Part shown: piece after piece, positions 23,459-35,381 of the stretch
Layout: each line of letters starts with the position of its first letter
Numbering within the stretch: position 1 is the stretch's first letter
Source of the DNA: Selaginella moellendorffii
Lineage: Eukaryota; Plantae; Lycopodiophyta
Assembly: GCF_000143415.4 (NCBI RefSeq)
Contig: NW_003314274.1
Coordinates: forward strand, 2,710,623-2,774,622
Direction: 5' to 3'
DNA: 64,000 nt
Translations under genes and position numbers: made by a program
Notes under the pieces: generated by a model
Told to the model about the DNA's origin: nothing
Databases searched by the model: none
What the model saw: only the letters and a program-made list of their open reading frames with translations

Positions 23459-25444
23459 CTAGACACTGTCCTTGGTGCGAACATAGTCAGTCTCCATTTC
23501 TTGTTGCTGCTTCTGCTCCAGTCGATAGAGGCGACGTTTTTTCTGTGGGAGTGTAAGCTCGTGGTTGGGGACACTGTCTGGTGGATCTGTCCCATCTTCC
23601 TGGAGGTGAGCTACCTCAGCCAGGAGGGCGGTATGATCATCCTCGAGCTTCCAGTAGCGGGTGTTGAGCTCTTCGTATTTGAATTCATAGGTGAATTCAT
23701 GAGCTGCTGATGGGGTTGATGGCTGCTTGGGGACGATCTTCCTGATGTCCCAGAGGTCAGTGCAGATTTGATTCATCTCCTTGAGCTGAGTGTCTAGTCG
23801 GTGGTTTAAAGGCTCGTAAAACTCCTCCTTGACTGCTCCCCAGGTGTATATGAAGGAATCTTGCTTGAGAAGATGCTGTGCGATGTCAGATGGTGTTGGG
23901 AAGTGGTTCGCTTGCTCGCGGTACATGCGTTGATCAAGGGCTTCGAACAACTTGCAGGTGCAGTAGCTTGAGTCGTAGAGTTTATCCTCGTATTCCTTCC
24001 TGATCTCATCGTAATCACAGTGTACCTGACTCTGTGGCTGAGGCATGGCTGCTGCTCCTGCTCCTACTCTGTGATCCTGGTGTATCTCGCTAGGGTTCGC
24101 TGTGTTCTTGCCGGGAGTTGAAGTTGCTGGAGGCTTAATCTGCTTGGTTGGATGTGGGTGATGTGGTCGGGCCAGATTCTTTGAGGTGGGTGGAGAGGAG
24201 CTTTTTGGTTTGATGCTAGATGAACGGCCCAGATGTGGCGCTGAAATTAATGTATCCGTTGGCAAATTTTTCTCTTGGAATTTTGTTGAAGGGGCAGAAG
24301 TTTTGTTAATGCTGGTCGTGGCATTTGCTGGAGCAGGCATGGTTCCGTGTTCTGCAAGTGATTGGCAAAGGTAGTCGATGTTTTCTTTTGTGGAACGTGT
24401 TGAGGAGGTCGGGGCGGTGAGAATGTTGTTCTCAGCTGGTGGAGAAACTGAGTTCTGGGCGAGCAGCTGATGTTTTGCTTTGGCAATGTTGATGTGTTTG
24501 TGAGAAGTTGTTGGTTTTGGGGCTGATGCGAGTGGATTTGGGCTCTGGGGTGAGTGTGGAAACTGGTGTGAGTTGTCTTCATTGTCGCTGATGATGAGGT
24601 GCTCTCGGATCAGCGGTTTTGGAGCTGGATTCGTTGGTGTTTTGTGTGTGAGGCGGCAGCAAAGGGGAGTTGAATCATTGGAGTGTTTGTTGCTGGAGCT
24701 GGTGTTGTTGGAGTGAGTTGAGCCTGATTGTTGAGATGCTGGCTTTGGTTTCTTGCTGGGAGTTGCTCCTTCTGATTCTGAGTGTTCTTTGGAGCTGTCG
24801 CTTTGTTCTGTGGAGTTCGTTTGGGTTGTCCATGGTTGCTTGTTGGGAAGAGCTTGGTGTAGAGCGATCAGCAGTGGGAAGATTACTGTCCGCATGGTCT
24901 TCTGGTTGAGTGTGGCGAGGATGGCATGGTCGAGAAGCTTGAGAAGGAGCTCGTGGAGATGATGAGCCACGTTCCCGTCAAGTAGAGCTCCGTAGACTTC
25001 TGCTGTGCGCTTGCTGATGGTGCGATCTGTTGGGCAAAGTTCGTAGTAGAGGAGGAGGGCTTTGAGGCGATCCATATGCTGCTCCTCGATATCCTCCCAT
25101 GTGAGCTCACTGGTAATTTCTCGATTGGCCTTGATGATTTGCTGTGGAACTTCTCCTGAAAATTTGAGCAGCCCCTTGTTGGAGATTTTGAAAACGGAGG
25201 CAATTCTTGCTGGGCTGAGGGTGATCTCGTTGGTGCCATCAGTTATGGTGCTGTTCTTGGGGTTGAACGAGGCGGCTAGCTTCCTCACCAGTTTTTGGTC
25301 TGGGTGTGTTGAAAAGGCCTTGTGGAGGAGCTCGAATCCATGGTTCTTGAGCCAGGTGGTTGTGTCGTTGCTAGGAAGTCTAGGAATATGGTGTATGACG
25401 TATCTGAGGTGCCGGGGTGGATGAGCTGGCATCTTTCTCTTCAT
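23459..25444 (-). CDS. 661-aa uncharacterised protein, probably a transposon accessory protein (plant-mobile-domain-like N-terminus, Ser/Pro/Thr linker, helical or coiled-coil C-terminus)
   Basis: Uninterrupted ATG-initiated ORF. LVRKLAASFNPKNSTITDGTNEITLSPARIASVFKISNKG resembles the pattern of PMD/MULE-associated domains (by eye only). Confidence 0.6.
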   Translation of the reverse strand: MKRKMPAHPPRHLRYVIHHIPRLPSNDTTTWLKNHGFELLHKAFSTHPDQKLVRKLAASFNPKNSTITDGTNEITLSPARIASVFKISNKGLLKFSGEVPQQIIKANREITSELTWEDIEEQHMDRLKALLLYYELCPTDRTISKRTAEVYGALLDGNVAHHLHELLLKLLDHAILATLNQKTMRTVIFPLLIALHQALPNKQPWTTQTNSTEQSDSSKEHSESEGATPSKKPKPASQQSGSTHSNNTSSSNKHSNDSTPLCCRLTHKTPTNPAPKPLIREHLIISDNEDNSHQFPHSPQSPNPLASAPKPTTSHKHINIAKAKHQLLAQNSVSPPAENNILTAPTSSTRSTKENIDYLCQSLAEHGTMPAPANATTSINKTSAPSTKFQEKNLPTDTLISAPHLGRSSSIKPKSSSPPTSKNLARPHHPHPTKQIKPPATSTPGKNTANPSEIHQDHRVGAGAAAMPQPQSQVHCDYDEIRKEYEDKLYDSSYCTCKLFEALDQRMYREQANHFPTPSDIAQHLLKQDSFIYTWGAVKEEFYEPLNHRLDTQLKEMNQICTDLWDIRKIVPKQPSTPSAAHEFTYEFKYEELNTRYWKLEDDHTALLAEVAHLQEDGTDPPDSVPNHELTLPQKKRRLYRLEQKQQQEMETDYVRTKDSV

Positions 25445-25629
25445 TTTCTGTGATCGAAGTGCTCACCCCATTAGGGTTCTTGAGACCCGTAACAGTTGGT
25501 TGGCTGATCATGTGGCGCTCGATTGCTGGTGATGAACGGTAGAGATTTGTTGACGAAATTGATGTGGTTTGATTTGGCTTGATTGCAAATCAATGGTGGA
25601 TATTGGTGATGAAGTTAACTCAAGTTCAA

Positions 25630-28450
25630 CTATGCTTGAATTTACAAAGAAAGTATAGTTCTTTGGATTAAGAGAAATGCTATTTTCTTTGCATTTTTGA
25701 AAAGATTTTTGCAAGTAAATTAAATGGTCTATTTAGAGTTGAAAACACTAAAATCATCCATGAAGACTTTTATAAAATCAATGAAATATTCTTTGAAAGA
25801 GTCTGCAACAACTCTTTATAATGTGAAAGAAGCATTATATAGGCTAAAAGGCATTTTGTAATAGGCATAAACTTCCCATGGGCTTATAAAAGATGTTTTG
25901 TGTTGATCTTCAGGTGTTATTTCCACCTTGTTATAAGTAAAAAATCCATTTAAAAATGAATACCTTTCATGACCTGCTACTGAATCCAAAATTTCATTTG
26001 TGAAAGGAATCAAGAACATATCCGATTTTGCCGCATCATCTAGCTTTTTGTAATTCATACAAACTCATAATTTACCATTTCTTTTAGACATAAGTACAAG
26101 TAGTGAAAGCCATTGAGCATTTTGGATTAGATAGACAAATCTTGGTTGGAGGAGTTTATCAATTTCTTCCCTGACTTTACTTTGGTGATTGGGATTCATC
26201 CCATAGAGCATCTTCTTTTTAGGCATATATCTCAAGAGTATTTGAATACAATGCTTATAAAGTTTTGGCGGGTTGCCTTTGTATAAGACTAGGCAAAAAT
26301 GTCTTTATAGTCTTTTAGTAAATTTATGGCTTGATTGTGAAATTTATTTTGCAATCCTTGTGTAATTGTGATAGTATGCAAATTATTTTCATCAGCTAAA
26401 TTGATTTGCTCAAATGGTTAATTACAAAAAATATGCAAAACATAGTTTCTTTGTTAATCAATTTTAGGCAAGATCCTCATTTAGGGATAAATCTTTTATC
26501 CTCAAACCAATTTTTAGTCTAGGGGCTTCTTGCTTAGGTACTTCATTGAGTATTGAATAAAGATCAACTATTGAAATTGGCTTAATTTCAAGGAACTTCT
26601 AATTTCAGGAAAACTTCTAAAATTTATTATTCTTGGAAATTGTCTAAGCCTTCCTCTTAATCATAAGATTGAATTTTGAGGGGTTGATCTTTCCTTTCCA
26701 ACTATATGGTAGAAGTAATGGGTATGGACCTTTCCTAGTTCTCCTGCTCTATATACAAAAAACCATTTTTCTAGTCTTGGTTTGTGCAAGCAATTTTTAG
26801 CTAATGTTTGTCTAATAGAGTTTTATAAACAGGAACTCATTGTGTTATTTTAAGAATGACATAATTGAGTTTGTATTTTATGCCAGCTACATTGGTTAAA
26901 ACATTTTTAATAATTCCAATGGGCTTGACACTTTGGTCATTAGCCATTTGTACATTAAATGGGGTTAGTTGTATTGAGCATAGGCTTAATTCTTTACAAA
27001 TTCTCTTTTTTAGAATATTTACACTTGAGCCACCATAGATAAGAGTTCTTGATAATAGATTCTTGCCAATCTTTATATTAATTATAGAAACTTCATCATC
27101 ACAATCCCCTAACTTAATTACAATGGCTATATATAGAATTAAAGTTTCTTCCTTCTTAAGCGAAAGCTCTCTGAGTAATGCAACTCTAAATTAAAGTGTT
27201 ATAGTGAGAAATTGGCTTAGAGTGAGTGTAATTTCAGCATTTAAAATGCGTTTCACTGCCATCTTCTCATCCTTGCCATCTAGCTTTAGTATAGGATTTT
27301 CCTTTTGCGCTAGTGGTAAATTTATGTCAATCTATAAAGGCATAAGACTCTTTGTGTTAAAATCACTATTCTGCAAATCGACTTATGGTTGTAAGTCTTG
27401 GAGTTATTAAATGATTTCTGCGTTGATCTTTTTCTTTTGGTGCTATTAAGAGTTGAGGATAATTTCTACTTCATCATCACTCCCTTCATCTTAGCTTTTA
27501 CATTATGCCCTTCTTCGTTGGGCTTTAGTCATGACATAAACACTAAGTAGTTCTTTTGTATCTAACCATTTTACCTTAATATATCTAGCTATAGGTTGCA
27601 TATCCTTAAGAGGCTTATCATTCTTGCTTGATGATTCAACTTAATTCTATAGCCTAGGATAGCGAGTAACTGTAATTGTTTCTCTTGGGATAACTTTTAT
27701 TGTGAAGTGAATAGCTTTGCCTACATATTGTTTTATCAAGTTAGGCTGCTTATTGGCATCTTGGTTATTTAAACAAGGTTTTACATTCCTCAATTGAATA
27801 CCCCTCTTTTCACAAATTTAGCATTTAATTAGTTAGAGTTTGCATTCTTCCTTGCTATAGCCTTCATTTTTGCATTTAATATACCAAATCCTTTGTTTAA
27901 GATTGGTTTGCAATTTAAAGCTTCTTACATGATTGATTTCCTTATCTATAAGAGTTGTTCTTTTATCTGACTTTACCATATTTACCATGTCATATTGTTT
28001 TATAAAATCCTGGTAAACAATTATGACTTTTTTCAAGTCATTGAAATCTACATAAACTTTCTTTATTGCATGTTCATGATAAATTTCCTTAAGTTTTTTT
28101 ATGTATAAGCGTAGGTACATTTTGTCTGATACTAAGTCTTTACAATGTTTATAACACTTGTTAAATCAAGTTGTATATTCCTCGATTGTCTCAAACTTTC
28201 TTTGATGAAGCTTTTGCAACTCATCATAGTTTTCTCTTGGATTTATTTCCATAGAGAAAGCTTTGAGAAAAAACTTTGTTTGCTCATCAGATATGCCAAG
28301 TTTTTTGACATCATTGTTGTAGTATCAATCTTTGGCTTTATTTCTAAGTATATAAGGGAAAAGACTCTCTTTCTGCCCATCTACTTGATTGAGTTTAATT
28401 ACTTCTATGTATTGCTTAATATAGAATAAACCCTAAATCTTAAACCTCTC
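25630..28450 (-). pseudogene. Ancient non-chromovirus gypsy gag-protease-RT remnant (upstream part of 17933-20075)
   Basis: RT NYKKLD..FTNEILDSVAGHERYSFL..PEDQHKTSF and FIKVFMDDFSVF (about 25740-26058); protease-like LIYGGSSVNIL near 27020-27050; decayed knuckle CKNEGYSKEEC near 27840-27880. Confidence 0.8.
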
Positions 28451-30269
28451 TGTTATTTCTAGAAAAGGATGGATATGTAATAACGGTTATCTCTTCATAG
28501 AGCTAGATCAGTAGAATTGGATAGAAGGAGTAGTCTTTCCTAATAAGCTCAAATAAATATATATTCATCTATAACAAAGGAAAATACATGTCCCCTAGGA
28601 AATATTTATCTTTATACTAGAGAAACCCTCATATATCTAAGTGCTTTCTTTAATGGGGAAGTTCCAAGAAAAGAAATCAAGGGAAATATTAGACAGATAT
28701 TCCTTTCTTTGGAGTAGGCCTTCCCTCAAAATTTTGCTAGTATGGCCTATAAAAATTTTCTCCAAGCAATGCAAGACATAGAGGAAAAGAAAAGAAGGGG
28801 TGGATACTGTAAGAGTAATGTATATATTTTTCTTGCCCCATTCTATAAACTTTGCCAGCAAACCACAAAGATTAATTAGTAGAAATTACTAGGCTAACAA
28901 GGAAAAAAGAATTCCATAATACATTTGCATATAAAAGAAAACAAAGGTAAGAGGACAAAGCTTAGGGCTAACGCATTAAGGCAAGTGACCTAGGTCATTT
29001 AGAAGCAACTAGGGAGCTTCTTTTTCTATGTCATTCTTTCCCTCTCACTCACTCCACACCTACACCTCTGCCAAAATGCATTGACACCCCAAGCTTAGCT
29101 CTAAAGCAATGTACGACAGCTCAAATGCCACCTAAAGCCACACAAGAGCAAATGCCATCATTGCCATTCACTGGATTGAGCACATCTTCGATTGAGTCAA
29201 GTGCTTTTGTCCTCATGCCACTGTTATAAGCTGTCAACTCCACTCTCGAACCATTGTTAAAGCAAGATCTCTCTTAGGCACCTTCATTGGCACTACACTA
29301 CATCTCCCAATCACCTAATGCCTTAAAGCAAAACAATAAGCAAGAAGGATTATATGCTTGATCAATATGTTTTCTCTAACTACACATTTAAATGAGGAGG
29401 CAACTTCACCTATTTGAAGCCTTATTATCATGCTAGGCTTAAAGTGTTGTGTGCTATCATTGATGGGAGGACAATTGTGAAAAATACTAGCATCAAAAGA
29501 GCTCGCCTATTGGAAGCCATCGAGATTGAATGGCAAATAAACATAGTTCATTTCACTTACAATAGATTTGTGGTGGAAATGAAGAATGTTGCCTATTGAT
29601 AAGCAAGGGAAGTCAAGTGAAAATGGGAGTCTTCATCTTTTTGCAGCACATCTATGAGCATTACACTGCTCAAGAGAATCCTACACCTCACTTTGCCATT
29701 GAGCCACCACCTTTAGTATCTCCTTTGGTTAAGATAGCAAGGGATGTGGATGTGGAGAAAAATCCTGATGATACGGATTTAAGTGAGGAAAATTCTTCCC
29801 TCAAAAAGAAACATCTAGATCCAAAAATCTAAGCTACAAAACCTCCATAGTTCATTCTATAGAAATCTAGTGGTAGATTAGGCAAAATGGAGTTACCTCT
29901 AAAGAAGAAAGACCCAACCTAGGCAACACTCATCATAAACAAAAGAGAAGCAGTTAAAAATGGTTATAAAATCATGTAGTTTATAAGTAGCATTTAGACG
30001 TGTTGAAAAATAATCCCCACTTACTGTTGTATGCATTTGCATTGAATTAACTATCTTTTCTTCTGTCTATGATTGTTTGTGTAAAATAGAGTTGAAAAAA
30101 TGATATATACTTATCCTTACTCACGCCTTTAGAGTTTAAAGTTGAGTTTTTTTCTATTCTCTTCTTATTGTTTTTCTCTTATTCTCTTCTTTATATTTTT
30201 GTATTTTTTTGTTTGTCACTATTTTTCATACAAGGGCAAGAACGCAAGTATACGTAAAAAAAAGTCTTA

Positions 30270-31955
30270 CTTAAACCTTCTTATGCGAGCAAAAACTCTT
30301 GTTAGGATAACTTCCACCAATCCAATTAATTATGTTACACCTTTTACTTGGTTGCCTTATAGTTGTTAAGTCCTACAACTTATTGTTGGTGCTTCCACAC
30401 CTCCATCATTATTTGGGTCACCGCACTCAAATCACATGCTTTTCAACATAGACTTTGCCATTCCCATTTCTATTAGAATTCCTTTGGCAAGGGGTTCTCA
30501 TGAACCAACTAACTTAACCTCAAAGCATTACACCTTAGAATATTTAGTGTCTCCCCTCCTCAACTCTATAAGCCTACCCTTATGACACTACTCACTTGTG
30601 TCTTTGCCAAGATAATAATAATTGTTTTTTATGTCAACTATCAATTAACATTACAATATAGTATTTATACACAACACAACTCCTCACTAAAGCTACTTTC
30701 TTCCATAAACAATTTTCCATAACTTTAGTATGGCACGTTCTACCATCAATGAGATACCCATTATTCTCATATTTGGATAGTATTGTCCTCTTAGTCTTTT
30801 GTAAGGTACAACATACCTCCATCTAAACAAAATTCCTTCAAGCCTTTAGGACCATCCCTTGACTTTACTAAGTCATCAACCTTTTGGACTTTATTAATCC
30901 AATATCCCATAAGGTCTTATCCTCCTCACTACTTTTAATGTGCTATTACACTTGAATACAACCTTTTTGAATTCACATCCTATTTATAAGGACTATTTTT
31001 GCAAATGTTACCTCAACACTTGATTATCCTTTATTTTATATAGGCTACTTTTACCCCTTAAAATTATCCTCTATATGAGGAGAATACCAACTCATCCTCT
31101 GAGTACACCCTCTAACTCCTTGGGTTGTTCCAGCCTTTATTAAAGGTAGCCCTAAAAACCATTTTAAGGACATATGTCCTCATCTGTATTTGACCTCTCA
31201 CAGTTATTAACTTTAGTCTCAAATTCATGAGTCCCATCTTCAACTATATCAAGATAATCTTGCAAGTCATTTATTATTTCGGAGTCTCTATCTTTCCTAT
31301 GATCCCAAATATGGTTGTTTACCACAACCATATTAGCCAGTTTACTAAGTCAAATGTTTATATTGATCACATCCTCAACTCTCTAAGGAAAAATTTCTAC
31401 TATTCCCAAGATCCCAAAATTATTCTTTTATTGCCCCCTTCTATCCACCACTTTGCCAACATTTTTACCTTTGAAGTAAGATGTAAAGTCATATTTCAAC
31501 ATGTTACTTTTCGGGGATAGGCCCACTTCTAGGACCTTCCAATGCCAATATAAATGGTGATATACTTAACCATCAATAAAAGTCAGACTAAGGAACAATT
31601 TTGATACCAAGTTGTAAACAATTAATTTTTCCATTCTACTTTAGTCACTTAACCACACCTCTGACCATTTAGAAGAGTCTCACTCACAACTGCCATAAGT
31701 CCTATTCTCAAGTTAGGGACTTGCTAGTCCCATAAATGGCATCTATACCACTCAGCCTTTGCACTTAATCTTAGTGCTCCACGTGTTTAATTCCATAATA
31801 GACACCCCAAAGGTATTACCGACAAATCAGCCTATTATGCTAAGGCCATAGTCATTTACCTTTGTCTCATTGATAGTCCTAGACCACTCATGCCGTAATC
31901 TTGTCTCTCAAAGACTACGCCATCTGTCCATGAGTGGTCATCCCAAAACCACACC
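30270..31955 (-). mobile_element. Old family A element: internal 5' region, PBS (about 31598-31609) and U5 part of the 5' LTR (31613-31955)
   Basis: Degenerate homology to 57130-58830; TGATACCA-AGT-TGTAAA junction. Confidence 0.8.
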
Positions 31956-34900
31956 TGTCGCGAATATGATTTCGGGTATCGAAAGTTACCTATCGGCCAG
32001 TCCTTACGGACACTCTTTCCTTATTGCCATAACGGCAGGAGGTCAATATTGCTGGTTCCCTTTATCAACCCCTCTTGTTCAAGTGTTAGTAAACTGAGTT
32101 TAGCATCTATACTTGGCTGGAAGAGCATAAGGAAGGAATTCCTAAGTGTCTATTTAGCTGAGTAAACTCGACTCAGCTTGTTAGTTCTCTTTTGCTCTGT
32201 CTTGCACTGGCTTGACAACAACCCTTGCGTATTCAAACTAGTACCTCAATATCGCTAGATGATAACTTACCGTGTCTGCCAAACACCCTCGCTATCATAC
32301 CCTTTGTGTTAGTCTCATTTCGGTCCTAAATGCTATTTATGGAAAGTGTCTAGATTTCCTTATTTGGCATATCTACGAAATGTAAAGATTGGCCTGAACA
32401 CAATGGTGTTCATCCCGTGTCCAAATTCACATTCTAGCGCCATTCCATGCCATTCCATATTTAGTAAGTTTTGAACTTGTCCCAGAGACTAACTCCTAAT
32501 ATTAAAGGAGGCTTGGGGTGAAAGCCCAAAGCATGTGTTTCTCGAGGGGGGGGGGCTATGAGGGGTTCCAAAAGTATAGTAGGGATAGTGGGTAGGTTGG
32601 GCATGGCCGACCAACTTGAGGCATAATTTAGCTCCCGCTTGCATGTCTGTCCTTGTTCTGTGTCCGGCTTAGGTCTAAGCCCAAGTTCCATTCTATGCTA
32701 GCTGGTGGAGTACCCATGTCCAGTATGCCGAAATAGCACCAAACTCTGTTTAGCTCCATTTTGTGTGCTAGTCCTAGCATTGGGATGCTGGTTACTCTAG
32801 GACTGTTTCAAGTAGCTCCGGGCTCCTGTCCCTTTGCTCCGTGGGCTGTATGCTCAAGAGATGCTCCGTGGTCCAGTTCCATCACTCCTTGGCTCCACAC
32901 TCCCTCAATTGTGCTAGGCCCACACTCCCTCAAGGTTCACAGCCTCTGATTTGTGCCCTTCTAGTATCACAATAAACTGGCAGCTCTGTACAAGTAAGTT
33001 TCAATTTTTTCTCTGAGCACAAGATAGATCTTCTCTTTGTCTTATGCTTGGGGGTTTGGCACCGTTTCTTCGTTCAATGGCCCAAGGCCTTGAACCTCGA
33101 GTTCCACACCACTGTTCTATGGACATGTGGCATGTGACATGTGGCATCTGACATGTGGCACATAAAGGGTTTAGGTTCTGCTTCGTGGTGTTATCCTATG
33201 GTAAATCACCATATAATAAAGGGTAAAAACCACATGCGCTACATTTGGTATCAGAGGATGAGTCTCCGCAAGTACTATCCAATGAGATTGGGCAACTAGT
33301 CTCATTGCATATGCAGAAATGCAATCGATGATCTGAGTGGGTACACGTTTGGGTGCAAAAGCTTCACAATGGTTCGTTGGGTATGGATTCAGTTACCTTT
33401 TGTACCATAATAGTGTGAGCTTGCTCTTGGGCTCATAAGAGGGTTTGAGATGCTCCGTTTGCACAAGTGTGCGCTTGGGCTTGTGAGTGAGGCACATTAG
33501 CACAAGTTTGTGCTTGGGCTCGTGAGTGAGGCACATTAGCAACTCAAGGTTGCACTTTGAGTTGGCAAGATTAATGTTAGCTTATCAGTGGTCCTATGAG
33601 TTGTTCCAATGGTTCTATGAGTTGTTCCATGTACCATAGGTGAAAGTAAACCTTCCTTGGGTTTGCTATAAGTGGCAAATAGGCTGGTCCATAGCTATTT
33701 AGCATGGCACTAGTGGATCCTTCCTACACATGATTATGAGTGAATCAATCAAGATTGTAGGGATTAGTCTATTAGTTCAAGTAGTTATTGCCATGCTCTC
33801 TCATAAACTTTTTTTGGATTGGACTGAAGGTAGTGCGAAAGCAAGCTTGAGGTTTAGTCAAAGATGAGACCGAAAAAAGAGTCATCAGGGACAAAGGATC
33901 AGGGAGTTTGTATGATGCGACTTGAAAGGGATGCTGACTTTTGAAGCTAAGACAATTGAGTTGGATAGAGTCTGGAGTTGGTGTAGAAAAGTGGCCATTG
34001 CACTTTTCTAATAAAGGTGACCCTTGTGCCTTTCTTCTATAGCGTTATGCTTGGTGGCAAGTTGCACCTTGCAATTTGTTAGACTCTATGACAGTAGTGA
34101 GCTCTAACTGATCCTAATTTAGTCTTGGTGGCCTTGCACCTTGGTTAAGGATGGTGATGTCCAACTTAGTTGTTTAAAGTTGAGATGTTAGTACCCATAC
34201 TATAGCTTTGTATATGAGGAGGTTGTGTACCAATATGAGTCCATCTCATGGTCATCACTTTAGTTTTGACTAAGTGTTGATTATGTATAGCTAGCCTCTT
34301 CAAGGCATGTTCGGAGCTATAAGCTAAATGCATTAGTGAGCTTGTCGCAGTTGTGTTAGATTTGAGTGGTCATTTAGTTCGTGCTTGTTCGTGAGCCAAT
34401 ATTTCGTATCTGGGGCATTATGTTCATATTGGAGAAGTATGTGACTCGATGACATGAGTTTAGTGTTCAGGTGTAAAGGCAAGTTGAAGGGTGATTGTTA
34501 GTTGCTTAGTAACTAGTGATTACTTATGACTTTGCTCAAGACTGTTGACACTTGCTTCATTCGATGATGATTTAGCAGTGATGGGCTTGCTTTGCCGGAT
34601 GGTGTTGTAGAGGATCGTGTCATTAGATTTACATGTGTTTTCCATGTTGGCATGTCGACTCTACCTTTATCAGAAGCGTTATTTGTAATTGAGTTTTGCT
34701 GAAGGATTAGTCTTGGATACTAAGAATAGTATCTTCGACTTTGGTTAGCTTGGTTGCAAGAGAGTTTTGAGTGGTGATTCACTCATGCTTTCTTCTAGCT
34801 TTGTCCTGGTGTTGATGGCACTAAAGTGATGCCTTGTCGTTGACAATATTGATATTGAGATTCGAGTGAAATGAGGTGTCTTTCTATAAGATTGATATTG

Positions 34901-34997
34901 AGTTTCATGAAGATAGTGTTGATGATTTGGCTATGGCTTTATGCTATTGGCATTTTGTGTATTGCTAGTTAGCACTATATTGGCGTTCAAATGAGCT
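31956..34997 (+). mobile_element. Family D element, 5' half: LTR 31956-33243, PBS 33246-33256, non-coding or decayed internal
   Basis: TGTCGCGAAT...GCGCTACA-TT-TGGTATCAGAG; left flank ACACC (31951-31955). Confidence 0.85.
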
Positions 34998-35381
34998 GAC
35001 TCCATCTTGGGTCCTTCTCAGACTCCATCTCAGTCCATCTCGGACTCCATCTCAGGTCAACCTCGGACTCCATCTCGGACTCCATTTGGGGTCCACCTTG
35101 GACTCCATCTCGGACTCCAACTCGGGTCCATCTCGGACTCCATCTCGGACACTTCCACGTGTCATGTGTTGGTCCTTTTAGGTCCCTTTTTGGAGCCTCG
35201 CTTATTGCTCGCTTCATGCTCATTCCTTGAGCACTCCGTTGGGAGTTCCACTCCCGCTCTTGACCTTTCAAGTTGGAGCCTTTTAGTCCAAATGTGTTAC
35301 GCTCGTTTGGCTTTTGCTTTGGCCACTACCACATGGCACACTTTCGGCTCCACTTTGGGGCTTAGGGATTTGTGTCTTACA
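34998..35381 (-). mobile_element. First ~380 bp of a family A 5' LTR, separated from its remainder (41627+) by an inversion
   Basis: TGTAAGACAC start (reverse) at 35381; ends inside the 12-bp tandem array; flank CCTGA pairs with CTTGA at 44201-44205. Confidence 0.85.

Noticed and set aside
20076-25630. Calling the gene-fragment cassette a Helitron or Pack-MULE
   Set aside because: No TC/CTRR termini, TIR or TSD located; only a weak 8-bp TCATCACC inverted match.
29100-29950. Decayed plus-strand ORF pieces (29414-29832) resembling a retroelement accessory ORF
   Set aside because: Too fragmentary; no diagnostic motif.
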